Shown here in pieces: positions 51,842 to 60,608 of a stretch of DNA of 64,000 nt. Both the position numbers and the translations under genes were made by a program. Origin of the DNA: an uncultured delta proteobacterium (GTDB lineage Bacteria > Myxococcota_A > Polyangia > Polyangiales > Polyangiaceae); contig CAVQUB010000013.1 in NCBI GenBank assembly GCA_963716725.1, positions 128,001 to 192,000 on the forward strand, written 5' to 3'. Under the pieces are notes generated by a model. The model was given only the letters and a program-made list of their open reading frames with translations. It was not told where the DNA came from and ran no database searches. The stretch's first letter is position 1, and each line of letters starts with the position of its first letter.

Positions 51842-53921
51842 TCATCCGGCGAGCAAGTTGAAGTGCGCGATGGCCGAGCACGTCCGATGTATCTGACGCA
51901 TCAGCTTGAGGCGATTGTCGCGAACACGGGGTTCTTTGGCCATCACCAACACGTCGTCGAAGTAGCGAGCGAGCACTGGGGCAAAGGCGGCAATCGAGTC
52001 GAGGGCGCCGGCATAGTCCCGGCTCTGGTGGGCCGCGCCGACCTCGGCTCGAAGCCGAGAAAAGGCCGTGAATAGCGCATCTTCCGTCGCGTGCACCTCC
52101 TCCACGACCTCAGCTGGCGCCACCGGATCCCCATCGGGTGCGTCCTTGGCGATGTTGGCGGCGCGCTTGAACACCTCGCCTGCGAGCGCGCGGACGCCGG
52201 GGTCGATCTGAGCCAACGCGCGCACGCGCAGGGCAACGTCGTGCGGCCGGTCTGCGTGGGCCGCAATGCAGGCATCCACTGCGCTGGCGGGCAGCTCTTG
52301 CTCGAGCAAGCCGCGCAGGCGCTGGATGAAGAAGGCGAGCAGCTTGTCGCTGGTCTCGGCCACGTCGGCGTCGAGCTTCACGCCGGAGAAGGCGGCGTAC
52401 GCGCTGGAGATGGCCGCCGAAAGCGAGAGGTCCCAGTTCTTGTCGAGGACCGTACGCAGCACGCCCAGCGCAGCGCGACGGAGCGCGAGCGGATCGGCGG
52501 TACCGGTGGGGACTTGGCCCACGGCGAAGCAGCCAACCAGGGTGTCCATGCGATCCGCCAGCGCCACCAGCGCGGCGGCGTCGCTGGGCGCCGTCGGGTC
52601 GTCGGCGCCGCGGGGTTGGTAGTGCTCCGCGATCACCTGGGCGACGTCGGCGCTCACGCCTTGGGCCAAGGCGTAGGCAGTGCCCATTTCGCCCTGGAGC
52701 TCCGGCAGCTCACCCACCATCAACGTGACGAGGTCACATTTGCAGAGCGCGGCTCCGGCGAGCGCGGTCTGGACGACGTCGTCCGCGAGTCCGAGCTCGG
52801 CGCCGAGCAAGGGCACCACGCGTTCGATGCGTTGGACCTTGTCGGCCACGCTGCCCAGGCGTTTGTGAAAGACGACGCCCTCGAGCTTGCTACGGCGCTC
52901 GGCGAGCGGCATCGCGAGAATCCGTCTCGTAGAAGAACTTGGCGTCGGCGAGGCGCGCGCGCATGACGCGGTCGTTGCCGCGTCGAACGTTCTCCGGATT
53001 TTCGGCGGTGTTGACCACGGCCAGGTACCTGGGCAAGAGCTTTCCCTTGGCGTCGCGCACCCCGAAGTAGCGCTGGTGTCCCTTCGCAACGTCGAGGATC
53101 ACGCGCTCCGGCAGCTTCAAAAACTCCTCGTCGAATCCGCCGCTGACGATCTGGGGTTCCTCCACCAGAGAGAGGTTCTCTTCGACCAAGAAAGCATCTT
53201 CGATCAAGACGCCTCCCGCGGCCGCCGCCGCCTCACGCAACCGCTCGACCATCGTGCGACGGCGTTCGTCGAGTTCGACGAAGACGTGGGCCTTGCGCAA
53301 GGCTTCGACATAGTCTCGAGCGTGAGCGACTTGGTGGGGGCCCGGCGCCAGAAAGCGATGGCCCGCGGTGGCGCGGCCGGAGCGGACTCCAGCAAACTCC
53401 ACCTCGACCTCGTCGGCGCCGAGCAATGCGACGATCCAGCGAACCGGACGGCCGAACGGCACCTCGCCATCCGACCAGCGCATCGACTTGCGGAACGGGA
53501 TCTTGGCGCAGACTTCCGCGAGCGCGGCCGCGAGCAAGCCTTTGGCCGCCAGTCCCTTCTCGACGCGGCGGCCAACCAGGTACTCGCCCTTGTCGGTGTC
53601 CTTGCGGCTCAACGTCGCGACGTCGACACCGAGCTTCTGCGCAAAGGCCAGCCCGGCCTTCGTCGGCTTGCCCTCCGTATCGAAGGCCACACGCGCCGGG
53701 GGCCCCAGCACTTCTTCGTCGAGATCGGGCTGCTCGGTAGCCACGGCCTCGACCAGCACCGCCAACCGCCGCGGCGTGCCGGCGGCCCTCACGTCGCCGT
53801 GAGCGAGGCGAAGGTCCGTCAGCTTGGCTCGAAGGAGCGAAGGCAGGGCCTCGACTCCGCCGGCGACGAAGGACGCCGGCAGCTCTTCGGTGCCGATCTC
53901 CAGGAGCAATGTTTCGGGCAT
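51842..53921 (-). CDS. glyS: Glycine--tRNA ligase beta subunit (single-base frameshift near 52919)
   Basis: LLEIGTEELP, TPRRLAV, GNDRVMRARLADAKFF | GVVFHKRLGS, ELQGEMG, DPLALRR, NRLKL. Confidence 0.95.
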
Positions 53922-54039
53922 GGGCGGGTCGGACGCTACCCCAACTGGTCACCGATCGAGTAGTCCCCCGCCGGACTTCTCAGGGCAGCCCCACCAGCGC
54001 CGTGACGGACTGGCAGCCGCCGCGCTAGGCTGACCGCAC

Positions 54040-55020
54040 GTGTCCCGCTCGCACTGGCCAGCTGTCGTTTGCGCTCTGTTCTTCGCAGCGTGCTCTTTCC
54101 CGGAGCACGACTTCATCCCCGCCGCGGAGTTCGAGAAGCTGAAGGACAGCGGCGCCGGCACCGGCGGCTCGACCGGTGGCGCTGGCGGCGCTGGCGGAAC
54201 CAGCGGCGCTGGCGGCACGACTGGCGGAACCGGCGGCGCGACCGGCGGAACCGGCGGCGCTGGCGGCACGACTGGCGGAACCGGCGGCGCGACCGGCGGA
54301 ACCGGCGGCGCTGGCGGCACGACTGGCGGCGCTGGCGGAACAGGCGGCGCGACCGGCGGCGCTGGCGGAACCGGCGGCGCTGGCGGCACGACTGGCGGCG
54401 CTGGCGGAACAGGCGGGGCTGGCGGAACAGGCGGCGCGACCGGCGGAACCGGCGGAACCGGCGGAACCGGCGGCGCTACCGGGGGAACCGGCGGCGCTAC
54501 CGGTGGAGCCGGGGGCACTGGCGGGACCGGCGGTTCAAGCTGCGGGAACGTGGTGATCAACGAGGTGTCGGCGGACGGCACTGCGGGCGGAACCGACGAG
54601 TTCGTGGAACTCTACAACTCGGGGACGTGCGCGCAGTCGTTGTCGGGGTGGACGTTGAAGTACTCGTCGGCGTTGGGGAGCACTCCTTCGACCGTTTGGT
54701 CCGCTGTGTCGACGGATTCCATCGCTGCGGGCGGCTACTTCGTGCTCGGCGGATCTGGCTTTGTCGGCACCAAGCACGGCGCCATGACGGGAGGCCTTGC
54801 CGCCGCTGGGGGCGGCGTCGGGCTCTTCGATGGCGCGACGCTGAAGGACGGCGTGGCCTATGGCTCCGCCTCGTCGACCCATCCTTTCATTGAAGGTACG
54901 ACGCCGGCGCCGACGATCCCTTCCGACCAATCTGCCGCCCGCTCCCCCAACGGCAAGGACACCAACAACAACGCCACCGACTTCAAGATCGCGGTGCGCA
55001 CCGCGGGGGCGGCGAACTGA
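54040..55020 (+). CDS. Lipoprotein with long Gly/Thr/Ala linker and lamin-tail domain
   Basis: FAAC lipobox; VVINEV...DEFVELYN...LSGWTL. Confidence 0.85.
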   Translation: MSRSHWPAVVCALFFAACSFPEHDFIPAAEFEKLKDSGAGTGGSTGGAGGAGGTSGAGGTTGGTGGATGGTGGAGGTTGGTGGATGGTGGAGGTTGGAGGTGGATGGAGGTGGAGGTTGGAGGTGGAGGTGGATGGTGGTGGTGGATGGTGGATGGAGGTGGTGGSSCGNVVINEVSADGTAGGTDEFVELYNSGTCAQSLSGWTLKYSSALGSTPSTVWSAVSTDSIAAGGYFVLGGSGFVGTKHGAMTGGLAAAGGGVGLFDGATLKDGVAYGSASSTHPFIEGTTPAPTIPSDQSAARSPNGKDTNNNATDFKIAVRTAGAAN

Positions 55021-55022
55021 CC

Positions 55023-55219
55023 GTGAAGATCGTCTGCCCCATGTGCCAGAAGGTCATCGACGATGCCCCGCCGGATTTCCCCCGCGTCCCTTCTGCTCAG
55101 CGCGCTGCAAGTTGCTCGATCTCGGCAACTGGTTCGACGAGAGCTACCGGGTATCCGAGCCCATCGACGCGCTGACCGGCGACGAGGACGAGGACTCTTC
55201 GACTCAGAAGCCGAACTGA
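55023..55219 (+). CDS. yacG: DNA gyrase inhibitor YacG (one base missing in the C-run near 55080)
   Basis: [10 protein letters not shown]...| [22 protein letters not shown]. Confidence 0.85.
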
Positions 55220-55346
55220 GTCCGAGGGCAGTGCCACGCTCGGGCGCGAGGCGTTTGGCCTCCGGAGCGAGGTTCTTCGATTTCGAACCAGCAGTTGTCG
55301 GCAAAGCTCGCCATTTTTTCGCGGCGCGCTAGACTCGGAGCGCAGG

Positions 55347-56204
55347 ATGTCGGACGGCGACGACAGCGTGCTCCGCGCCATCACCGACGACGGCGCCTTC
55401 CGAGTGGTCGTCGCCCGGACCACCAGCACCGTGCGCGGTGTGCTTCAGGCTCAGCACGCCCGGGGCCCGAGCGCGCGACCATTCGGCGATCTGATCACCG
55501 GCTCCGTCCTGTTCCGCGAGACGATGGCGCCGAACCTGCGTGTGCAGGGCGTGCTCAAGGGCGTCGGCGGACGCGGCAGCTTGGTCGCGGACTCACACCC
55601 CTCGGGCATGACCCGGGGGCTGATGCAGCTTCCGGAGGGAGCAGAGGCGGTGGACACCAATGCGGGCGCGCTCTTGCAGCTCATGCGCACGCTGCCGGGC
55701 GGACGCATCAATCAAGGCGTGGTGGAGCTGCCAGCCGGGGGCGACGTGTCGCGCGCGATGATGGCGTACATGCAGACCTCGGAGCAGGTCGTCAGCATGA
55801 TCGCCGTGGGAACGATTCTGGATGGCACCGAGATCATGGCTGCCGGGGGCTACTTGGTTCAGCTGTTGCCGGAGGTCGGACGCGGTCCACTCATGATAAT
55901 GACCGAGCGACTCCGGGAGTTCGAGGACATCACTCCGCAGCTGGCCGACGCGGCGTTCAGCCCGGAATGGTTGCTCGAGCAACTCCTGTACGGCATGGAG
56001 TACACCCGGTTGGAGGAGCGGCCCATCGGCTTCGATTGCTGGTGTGACGAGCTGCGCCTCTTGTCCGTCCTGGCCACCCTCGATCGCACTGAAGTCGAAG
56101 CTCTCATCGCGGATGGGCAGACCCTCGAGATCACTTGCGACTACTGCAAGCACGAGTACCGAATTGCACCGGCCAAGCTGCGTGGGCTGCTTGGCGCGAG
56201 CTGA
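55347..56204 (+). CDS. hslO: Hsp33 redox-regulated chaperone
   Basis: YMQTSEQ, AAGGYLVQLLP, CxC (CWC) and CxxC (CDYC). Confidence 0.92.
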   Translation: MSDGDDSVLRAITDDGAFRVVVARTTSTVRGVLQAQHARGPSARPFGDLITGSVLFRETMAPNLRVQGVLKGVGGRGSLVADSHPSGMTRGLMQLPEGAEAVDTNAGALLQLMRTLPGGRINQGVVELPAGGDVSRAMMAYMQTSEQVVSMIAVGTILDGTEIMAAGGYLVQLLPEVGRGPLMIMTERLREFEDITPQLADAAFSPEWLLEQLLYGMEYTRLEERPIGFDCWCDELRLLSVLATLDRTEVEALIADGQTLEITCDYCKHEYRIAPAKLRGLLGAS

Positions 56205-56225
56205 GCGCGCGAAGGTCGGAAGAGG

Positions 56226-57941
56226 ATGCGTTTCGGCCTTGCTCTCCAGCTGCTGCTCTGCGCGAGCGGGTGCACGAAAGGCCCGCCGCCGGAGCCCAGA
56301 GCCCCGCCCGCGCCGCAATCGAGCGCGGCGGCTGCGACCGCCGACAAGATCGTCACCGTGATCGGCACCAACGACCTGCACGGGCATGTCGAGCACCTGG
56401 ATGTGTTTGCGGGCTACGTGGCGCGGTTGCGCCAGCTTCGCCGCGCGGACGGCGGCGTGATGCTGGTCGACGCTGGTGACATGTTCCAGGGAACGCTGGA
56501 GTCGAACCTGGGCGAAGGTCAGGCGGTGGTCGCTGCGTTCAACGCGCTCTCGTACACTGCCGCGGCGCTCGGGAATCACGACTTCGACTACGGCCCGGTG
56601 GGCGAAGGCGACGCGGCTGCCGGCGGCGACCCGCAGGGGGCAGTGCGCGCCCGGCTCGCGCAGGCGCGGTTCCCGATGTTGTCGGCGAACCTGATCGAGC
56701 GGGGCAGCGGCAGAGCACCGCGGTGGGACAACCTGCATCCGGCGGTCTTGGTAGAGGTCGCGGGCGTGAAGGTGGGCATCGTCGGCGTGATGACCGCGGA
56801 GACCCCGGAAATCGTCTTGCCCGCCCACTTCGCGGGGCTCGACGTGACGCCGCTGGCCACGGCAATTGCCCGTGAAGCTGCGGCGTTGCGCGAGCGCGGG
56901 GCACGCGCTGTGGTTGCGGTCGCGCACGCAGGCGGGGTCTGCAAGACGCACGACGACCCTCGGAGCGAAGCGGGGTGCAACGCCGATCAGGAGATCAACC
57001 GCGTCGCGCGCGAGCTGCCCGCGGGCGCCGTGGACGCCATCATCGGCGGACACACGCACCAAGGGGTAGCTCATTTCTTCTCGGGAACCGCTGTCGCGGA
57101 GGCGTTTGCGCTCGGGCGCGCGTTCTCGCGCATCGACCTGAGCGTCTCGAGCGACCCGAGGGCCAAGGTGAGCGTCCGCATTTTTCCCCCACGACTCGTC
57201 TGTGCCGGCGGCGAAGAGCCGCGTTGCGAGCCTGGCAGCTACGAGGGCGCGACCATTCAGAGCGACCCCAGGGTGGCCGCCTTGGTGGCGCCGTGGCGAC
57301 GAGCCGCCGCCGCACGCCGGGCCGAGCGGCTGGGGGTCCAGGTGATCCGTACCGTGCGCGGCGCGCATGGAGCGGAGTCCGCGCTGGGAAACTGGCTCGC
57401 CGATTTGCTGCTCACCGCGACGCCGAAGGCCGACGTCGCCATTCTAAACGGCGGCGGCCTCCGTGCGCCGCTTCCGGCGGGCGAGCTCACCTACGGTCAG
57501 CTCTACGAGTGCCAACCCTTCGACAACCGCGTCGGCAAGATCCGCCTGAGTGGCGCGGAGTTCCGACGTGCGATCGCGTTGCACCTGGAACGTGGGCGTC
57601 ACGGCATCATCTCCATCGCCGGCGCACGCGTCGATGCGCGCTGCTCGGGCGGTCGGCTCGACGTGAAACTGACACGGGCGAACGGCAAGGTGATCTCCGA
57701 CGCGGAGCAGGTGACCATCGCGACCAGTGACTACCTCGCCACGGGTGGCGACGAGCTCTTCGCCGGGGCGGGGCGACCGGCCCCCCGCAGCGACCTCACC
57801 ACGGAGACCCTCCGCGACAGGCTGGCTGCGGAGCTTCGCAAGCGCGGTGGGAGCGTGGACGGCGAAGCTCGCGGGCTCTATGACGCCGACCAGCCCCGCG
57901 TCCGCCTGTCCAAGCCGCGACCGATGCGCTGCGATGAGTGA
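56226..57941 (+). CDS. Bifunctional metallophosphatase / 5'-nucleotidase lipoprotein
   Basis: TNDLHG, DAGD, GNHDFD, GGHTH, NGGGLR, PFDN. Confidence 0.92.
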   Translation: MRFGLALQLLLCASGCTKGPPPEPRAPPAPQSSAAAATADKIVTVIGTNDLHGHVEHLDVFAGYVARLRQLRRADGGVMLVDAGDMFQGTLESNLGEGQAVVAAFNALSYTAAALGNHDFDYGPVGEGDAAAGGDPQGAVRARLAQARFPMLSANLIERGSGRAPRWDNLHPAVLVEVAGVKVGIVGVMTAETPEIVLPAHFAGLDVTPLATAIAREAAALRERGARAVVAVAHAGGVCKTHDDPRSEAGCNADQEINRVARELPAGAVDAIIGGHTHQGVAHFFSGTAVAEAFALGRAFSRIDLSVSSDPRAKVSVRIFPPRLVCAGGEEPRCEPGSYEGATIQSDPRVAALVAPWRRAAAARRAERLGVQVIRTVRGAHGAESALGNWLADLLLTATPKADVAILNGGGLRAPLPAGELTYGQLYECQPFDNRVGKIRLSGAEFRRAIALHLERGRHGIISIAGARVDARCSGGRLDVKLTRANGKVISDAEQVTIATSDYLATGGDELFAGAGRPAPRSDLTTETLRDRLAAELRKRGGSVDGEARGLYDADQPRVRLSKPRPMRCDE

Positions 57942-58044
57942 CGAGCGCACACCCGTCCAGGTGGGGAAATGGCGGTCCGGCTCCGGGCCGAGACTCGGCA
58001 TTGTCGCTGGTTTGTAGCCTGCGTGCTAGCTTGGTGGACTGAGA

Positions 58045-59568
58045 ATGACGGGGCCGAAGACACCCGACGACTTGCTCGACTCGGCCGACACCATCTCGGT
58101 GGAGACCCGGGCTGCGGTTCGCCCCGAGGGCGCCGAGCAATACGCCGCAGGGCAGCTCATCAGCGACAAGTATCGGCTGCTGCGCCAGCTCGGGGAGGGC
58201 GGCATGGCGAGCGTCTGGGTCGCGCACAACGAGGCCCTCGACATCCACGTCGCCATCAAGTTCATCCAATCGGACCTCCGGAGCGCCGACCTTTCGAACC
58301 GCCTGCTCCAGGAAGCGCGAGCCGCGGCCCGACTGGGGCATCCGGCCATCGTCCGCGTCTCGGACTTCGGCAAGACGCGCTACGGCAACCCGTACATCGT
58401 GATGGAGCTCTTGAACGGCGAGGACCTCGGCGAGGTGATCAAGAGGAAGGGGCCGATGCCGGCCATGAAGGCGGTCCGTACGCTGCTGCCCATCGCCGAC
58501 GCTCTGGCCGTCGCCCACGGCAAGGGCATCGTGCATCGTGATCTGAAACCCGAGAACATCTTCCTGACCCAAGAAGAGAACGGAAAGACCCAACCGAAGC
58601 TGGTGGACTTCGGCATCGCGAAGCTCGACGTGGAGGGCTCCCAGCGCATCACGCAGATGGGTGCCGCCATGGGGAGCCCAGCCTACATGTCACCGGAGCA
58701 GGCGCGGGGGCTCGACGTGGACGCCCGCACGGACGTCTGGGCGCTGTGCGTGGTGCTTTACGAGGTCTTGACCGGACTGCTGCCCTTCAACGGCAACGTG
58801 TACACCGCCCTGGTCGTTGCGATCCTCGAGTCGAAGCCCAGGCCCACCACCGAGCTCGGCATCGGCGACACCGAGCTCTGGGAGATCATCGACAAAGGGC
58901 TCGCCAAGGCCCCTGATGGCCGGTGGCAGAGCATGCGCGAGCTCGGCGCAGCTCTCGCGCGCTGGGCGCTCTCTCGGAGCGTCGCCGACGACATCACCGG
59001 CTCTAATCTGCAAAGCTCGTGGATCGAGCGCGCGCCCGATTCGATGCCGACGATGATGCCGTCTGCCGTGGAGCCCGGGGCCGGCGCGAGCTCCGGACAC
59101 GCTTCCACCCAGCTCTCGGCGACCGTGTCCGGCTCGACGCCTGCTCGCTCCCGATCGACGTGGATCATGGGCGGCGCCGCGGCGGTGATCGTGCTCGGCA
59201 TCGCGTTCGTGCTGCTCCTGCGTGCGGTCGGCGGCGGCGGGTCGCGAGCCGAGCCCGCGACGGCCGCGACCGGCGTGATGGTCACGCCCCAAGAGCCCAG
59301 CACCGCTCCGGAGAGCCACACCGTCGAGCCCGCCAGCGCCCTGCCCACCGCCAGCGCCCTGCCCACCGCCAGCGCCCTGCCCACCGCCAGCGCCCCGCCC
59401 ACCGCCAGCGCGGCGGCGGAATCCCCCGAGGTGACGACGGCGCCTGTCGGTAAGAAGCCCGCCAGCAAGCCGCCGGTGACCAAGCCCGCGGTCAAGCCCG
59501 CCGGGACCCCCGTGAAGCCGGTGGAGAAGCCGGCGAAGCCTCCCGAATCCGACCTCAAACCTTTCTGA
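58045..59568 (+). CDS. Membrane Ser/Thr protein kinase
   Basis: GEGGMASV, VAIK, HRDLKPEN, DFG, MSPE, TM segment, (ASALPT)n tail. Confidence 0.95.
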   Translation: MTGPKTPDDLLDSADTISVETRAAVRPEGAEQYAAGQLISDKYRLLRQLGEGGMASVWVAHNEALDIHVAIKFIQSDLRSADLSNRLLQEARAAARLGHPAIVRVSDFGKTRYGNPYIVMELLNGEDLGEVIKRKGPMPAMKAVRTLLPIADALAVAHGKGIVHRDLKPENIFLTQEENGKTQPKLVDFGIAKLDVEGSQRITQMGAAMGSPAYMSPEQARGLDVDARTDVWALCVVLYEVLTGLLPFNGNVYTALVVAILESKPRPTTELGIGDTELWEIIDKGLAKAPDGRWQSMRELGAALARWALSRSVADDITGSNLQSSWIERAPDSMPTMMPSAVEPGAGASSGHASTQLSATVSGSTPARSRSTWIMGGAAAVIVLGIAFVLLLRAVGGGGSRAEPATAATGVMVTPQEPSTAPESHTVEPASALPTASALPTASALPTASAPPTASAAAESPEVTTAPVGKKPASKPPVTKPAVKPAGTPVKPVEKPAKPPESDLKPF

Positions 59569-59576
59569 GCTTTCTT

Positions 59577-60596
59577 ATGACAGTCCGGGCTTCCTCAAGG
59601 GCAGTACTGCTGTGTTGCTCCCTCGCGTTGGCGACGCACTCCGCGCAGGGCCAGACCCCCGCAGCACCCACCCCGACACAGGCCAAGCCCGGCGCCGATG
59701 CCAAGGCCCGCGCGCAGAAGCATTTCGAGCGCGGCGTCGAGGCCTACAAGGAGAGCCGCTTCAAGGACGCGGTCGACGCCTTCCTCGACGCCCACCGCGA
59801 GTACCCCAGTCCCGCGCTGAGCTACAACGCCGCTCGGGCCTACGACAAGCTCTTGGACTCGGCGGGGGCGCTGAGATTCTACCGCGAGTACCTGCGTCAG
59901 AGCCCAGACGCCAGCGACCGCGCGACCGTCGAGCAGCGCGTGGTGGAGTTGGAGACCAAGCTGAAAGAAGAGCGGGGGAGGCAGCAGGTCACGGTCCTGT
60001 CCAACGTCAAGGGCGCGACGGTTCGCATCGACGATCAACCCGTTGGCGTTGCGCCGTGGACCGGAGAGATCCTACCGGGAACGCACCGCGTGCAACTCTC
60101 GATGGACGGGTACGCGGACGCGGAGCAGTCGTTCGACCTTCTCGCCCACCGCGCGATGGACGTCACCCTGACGATGAAGGTCCAGACCGCAGAACCACTG
60201 GCTCCAAAGCAGCCGCAGGCCCCGAAGCGCGGGGCGGTGCGGGCCGACAGCGCGGGCGACGCCGGCACGGTCGGGTGGATGACCTGGACCGCGTTCGGGG
60301 TCGGGGCCGCCGCGCTGGGCGGGGCCGCGGTCTTCGAGATCATGCGCGCGGGTTCGGAAGAAGACGTGAAGACCGAACGCACCCAGATCGCGCGACACGA
60401 CGCCTACGATCAGATGCAGAGCCAGCAGACGACGGCGCGCATCTTCGCCGGGGTCGGAGCCGTCGCCGTCGTGGCCGGGGGAGTGCTGTTGGCGCTCGAC
60501 CTCTCGAAGAGCGGAAGCAAGCAGGAGGGGCCACCCGCGGTGTCGCTGTCTTGCCAGCGGACCGGCTGCAGCGCCGGCTACGCAGGGCACTTCTGA
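59577..60596 (+). CDS. TPR + PEGA domain protein
   Basis: AQKHFERGVEAY...YNAARAYD; SNVKGATVRIDD...PGTHRVQL; C-terminal hydrophobic segments. Confidence 0.9.
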   Translation: MTVRASSRAVLLCCSLALATHSAQGQTPAAPTPTQAKPGADAKARAQKHFERGVEAYKESRFKDAVDAFLDAHREYPSPALSYNAARAYDKLLDSAGALRFYREYLRQSPDASDRATVEQRVVELETKLKEERGRQQVTVLSNVKGATVRIDDQPVGVAPWTGEILPGTHRVQLSMDGYADAEQSFDLLAHRAMDVTLTMKVQTAEPLAPKQPQAPKRGAVRADSAGDAGTVGWMTWTAFGVGAAALGGAAVFEIMRAGSEEDVKTERTQIARHDAYDQMQSQQTTARIFAGVGAVAVVAGGVLLALDLSKSGSKQEGPPAVSLSCQRTGCSAGYAGHF

Positions 60597-60608
60597 TCGG
60601 CTGAGGTC

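Noticed and set aside
49331..52075. 914-aa plus-strand ORF
   Set aside because: Antisense shadow of ppdK and the BASS gene, typical of high-GC DNA.
52900..52930. Programmed frameshift or true pseudogenisation of glyS
   Set aside because: No slippery site; removing one base gives FYETDLAMPL; many similar indels occur in the window.
53922..54039. T-box or riboswitch upstream of glyS
   Set aside because: Short divergent intergenic region with no T-box consensus visible.
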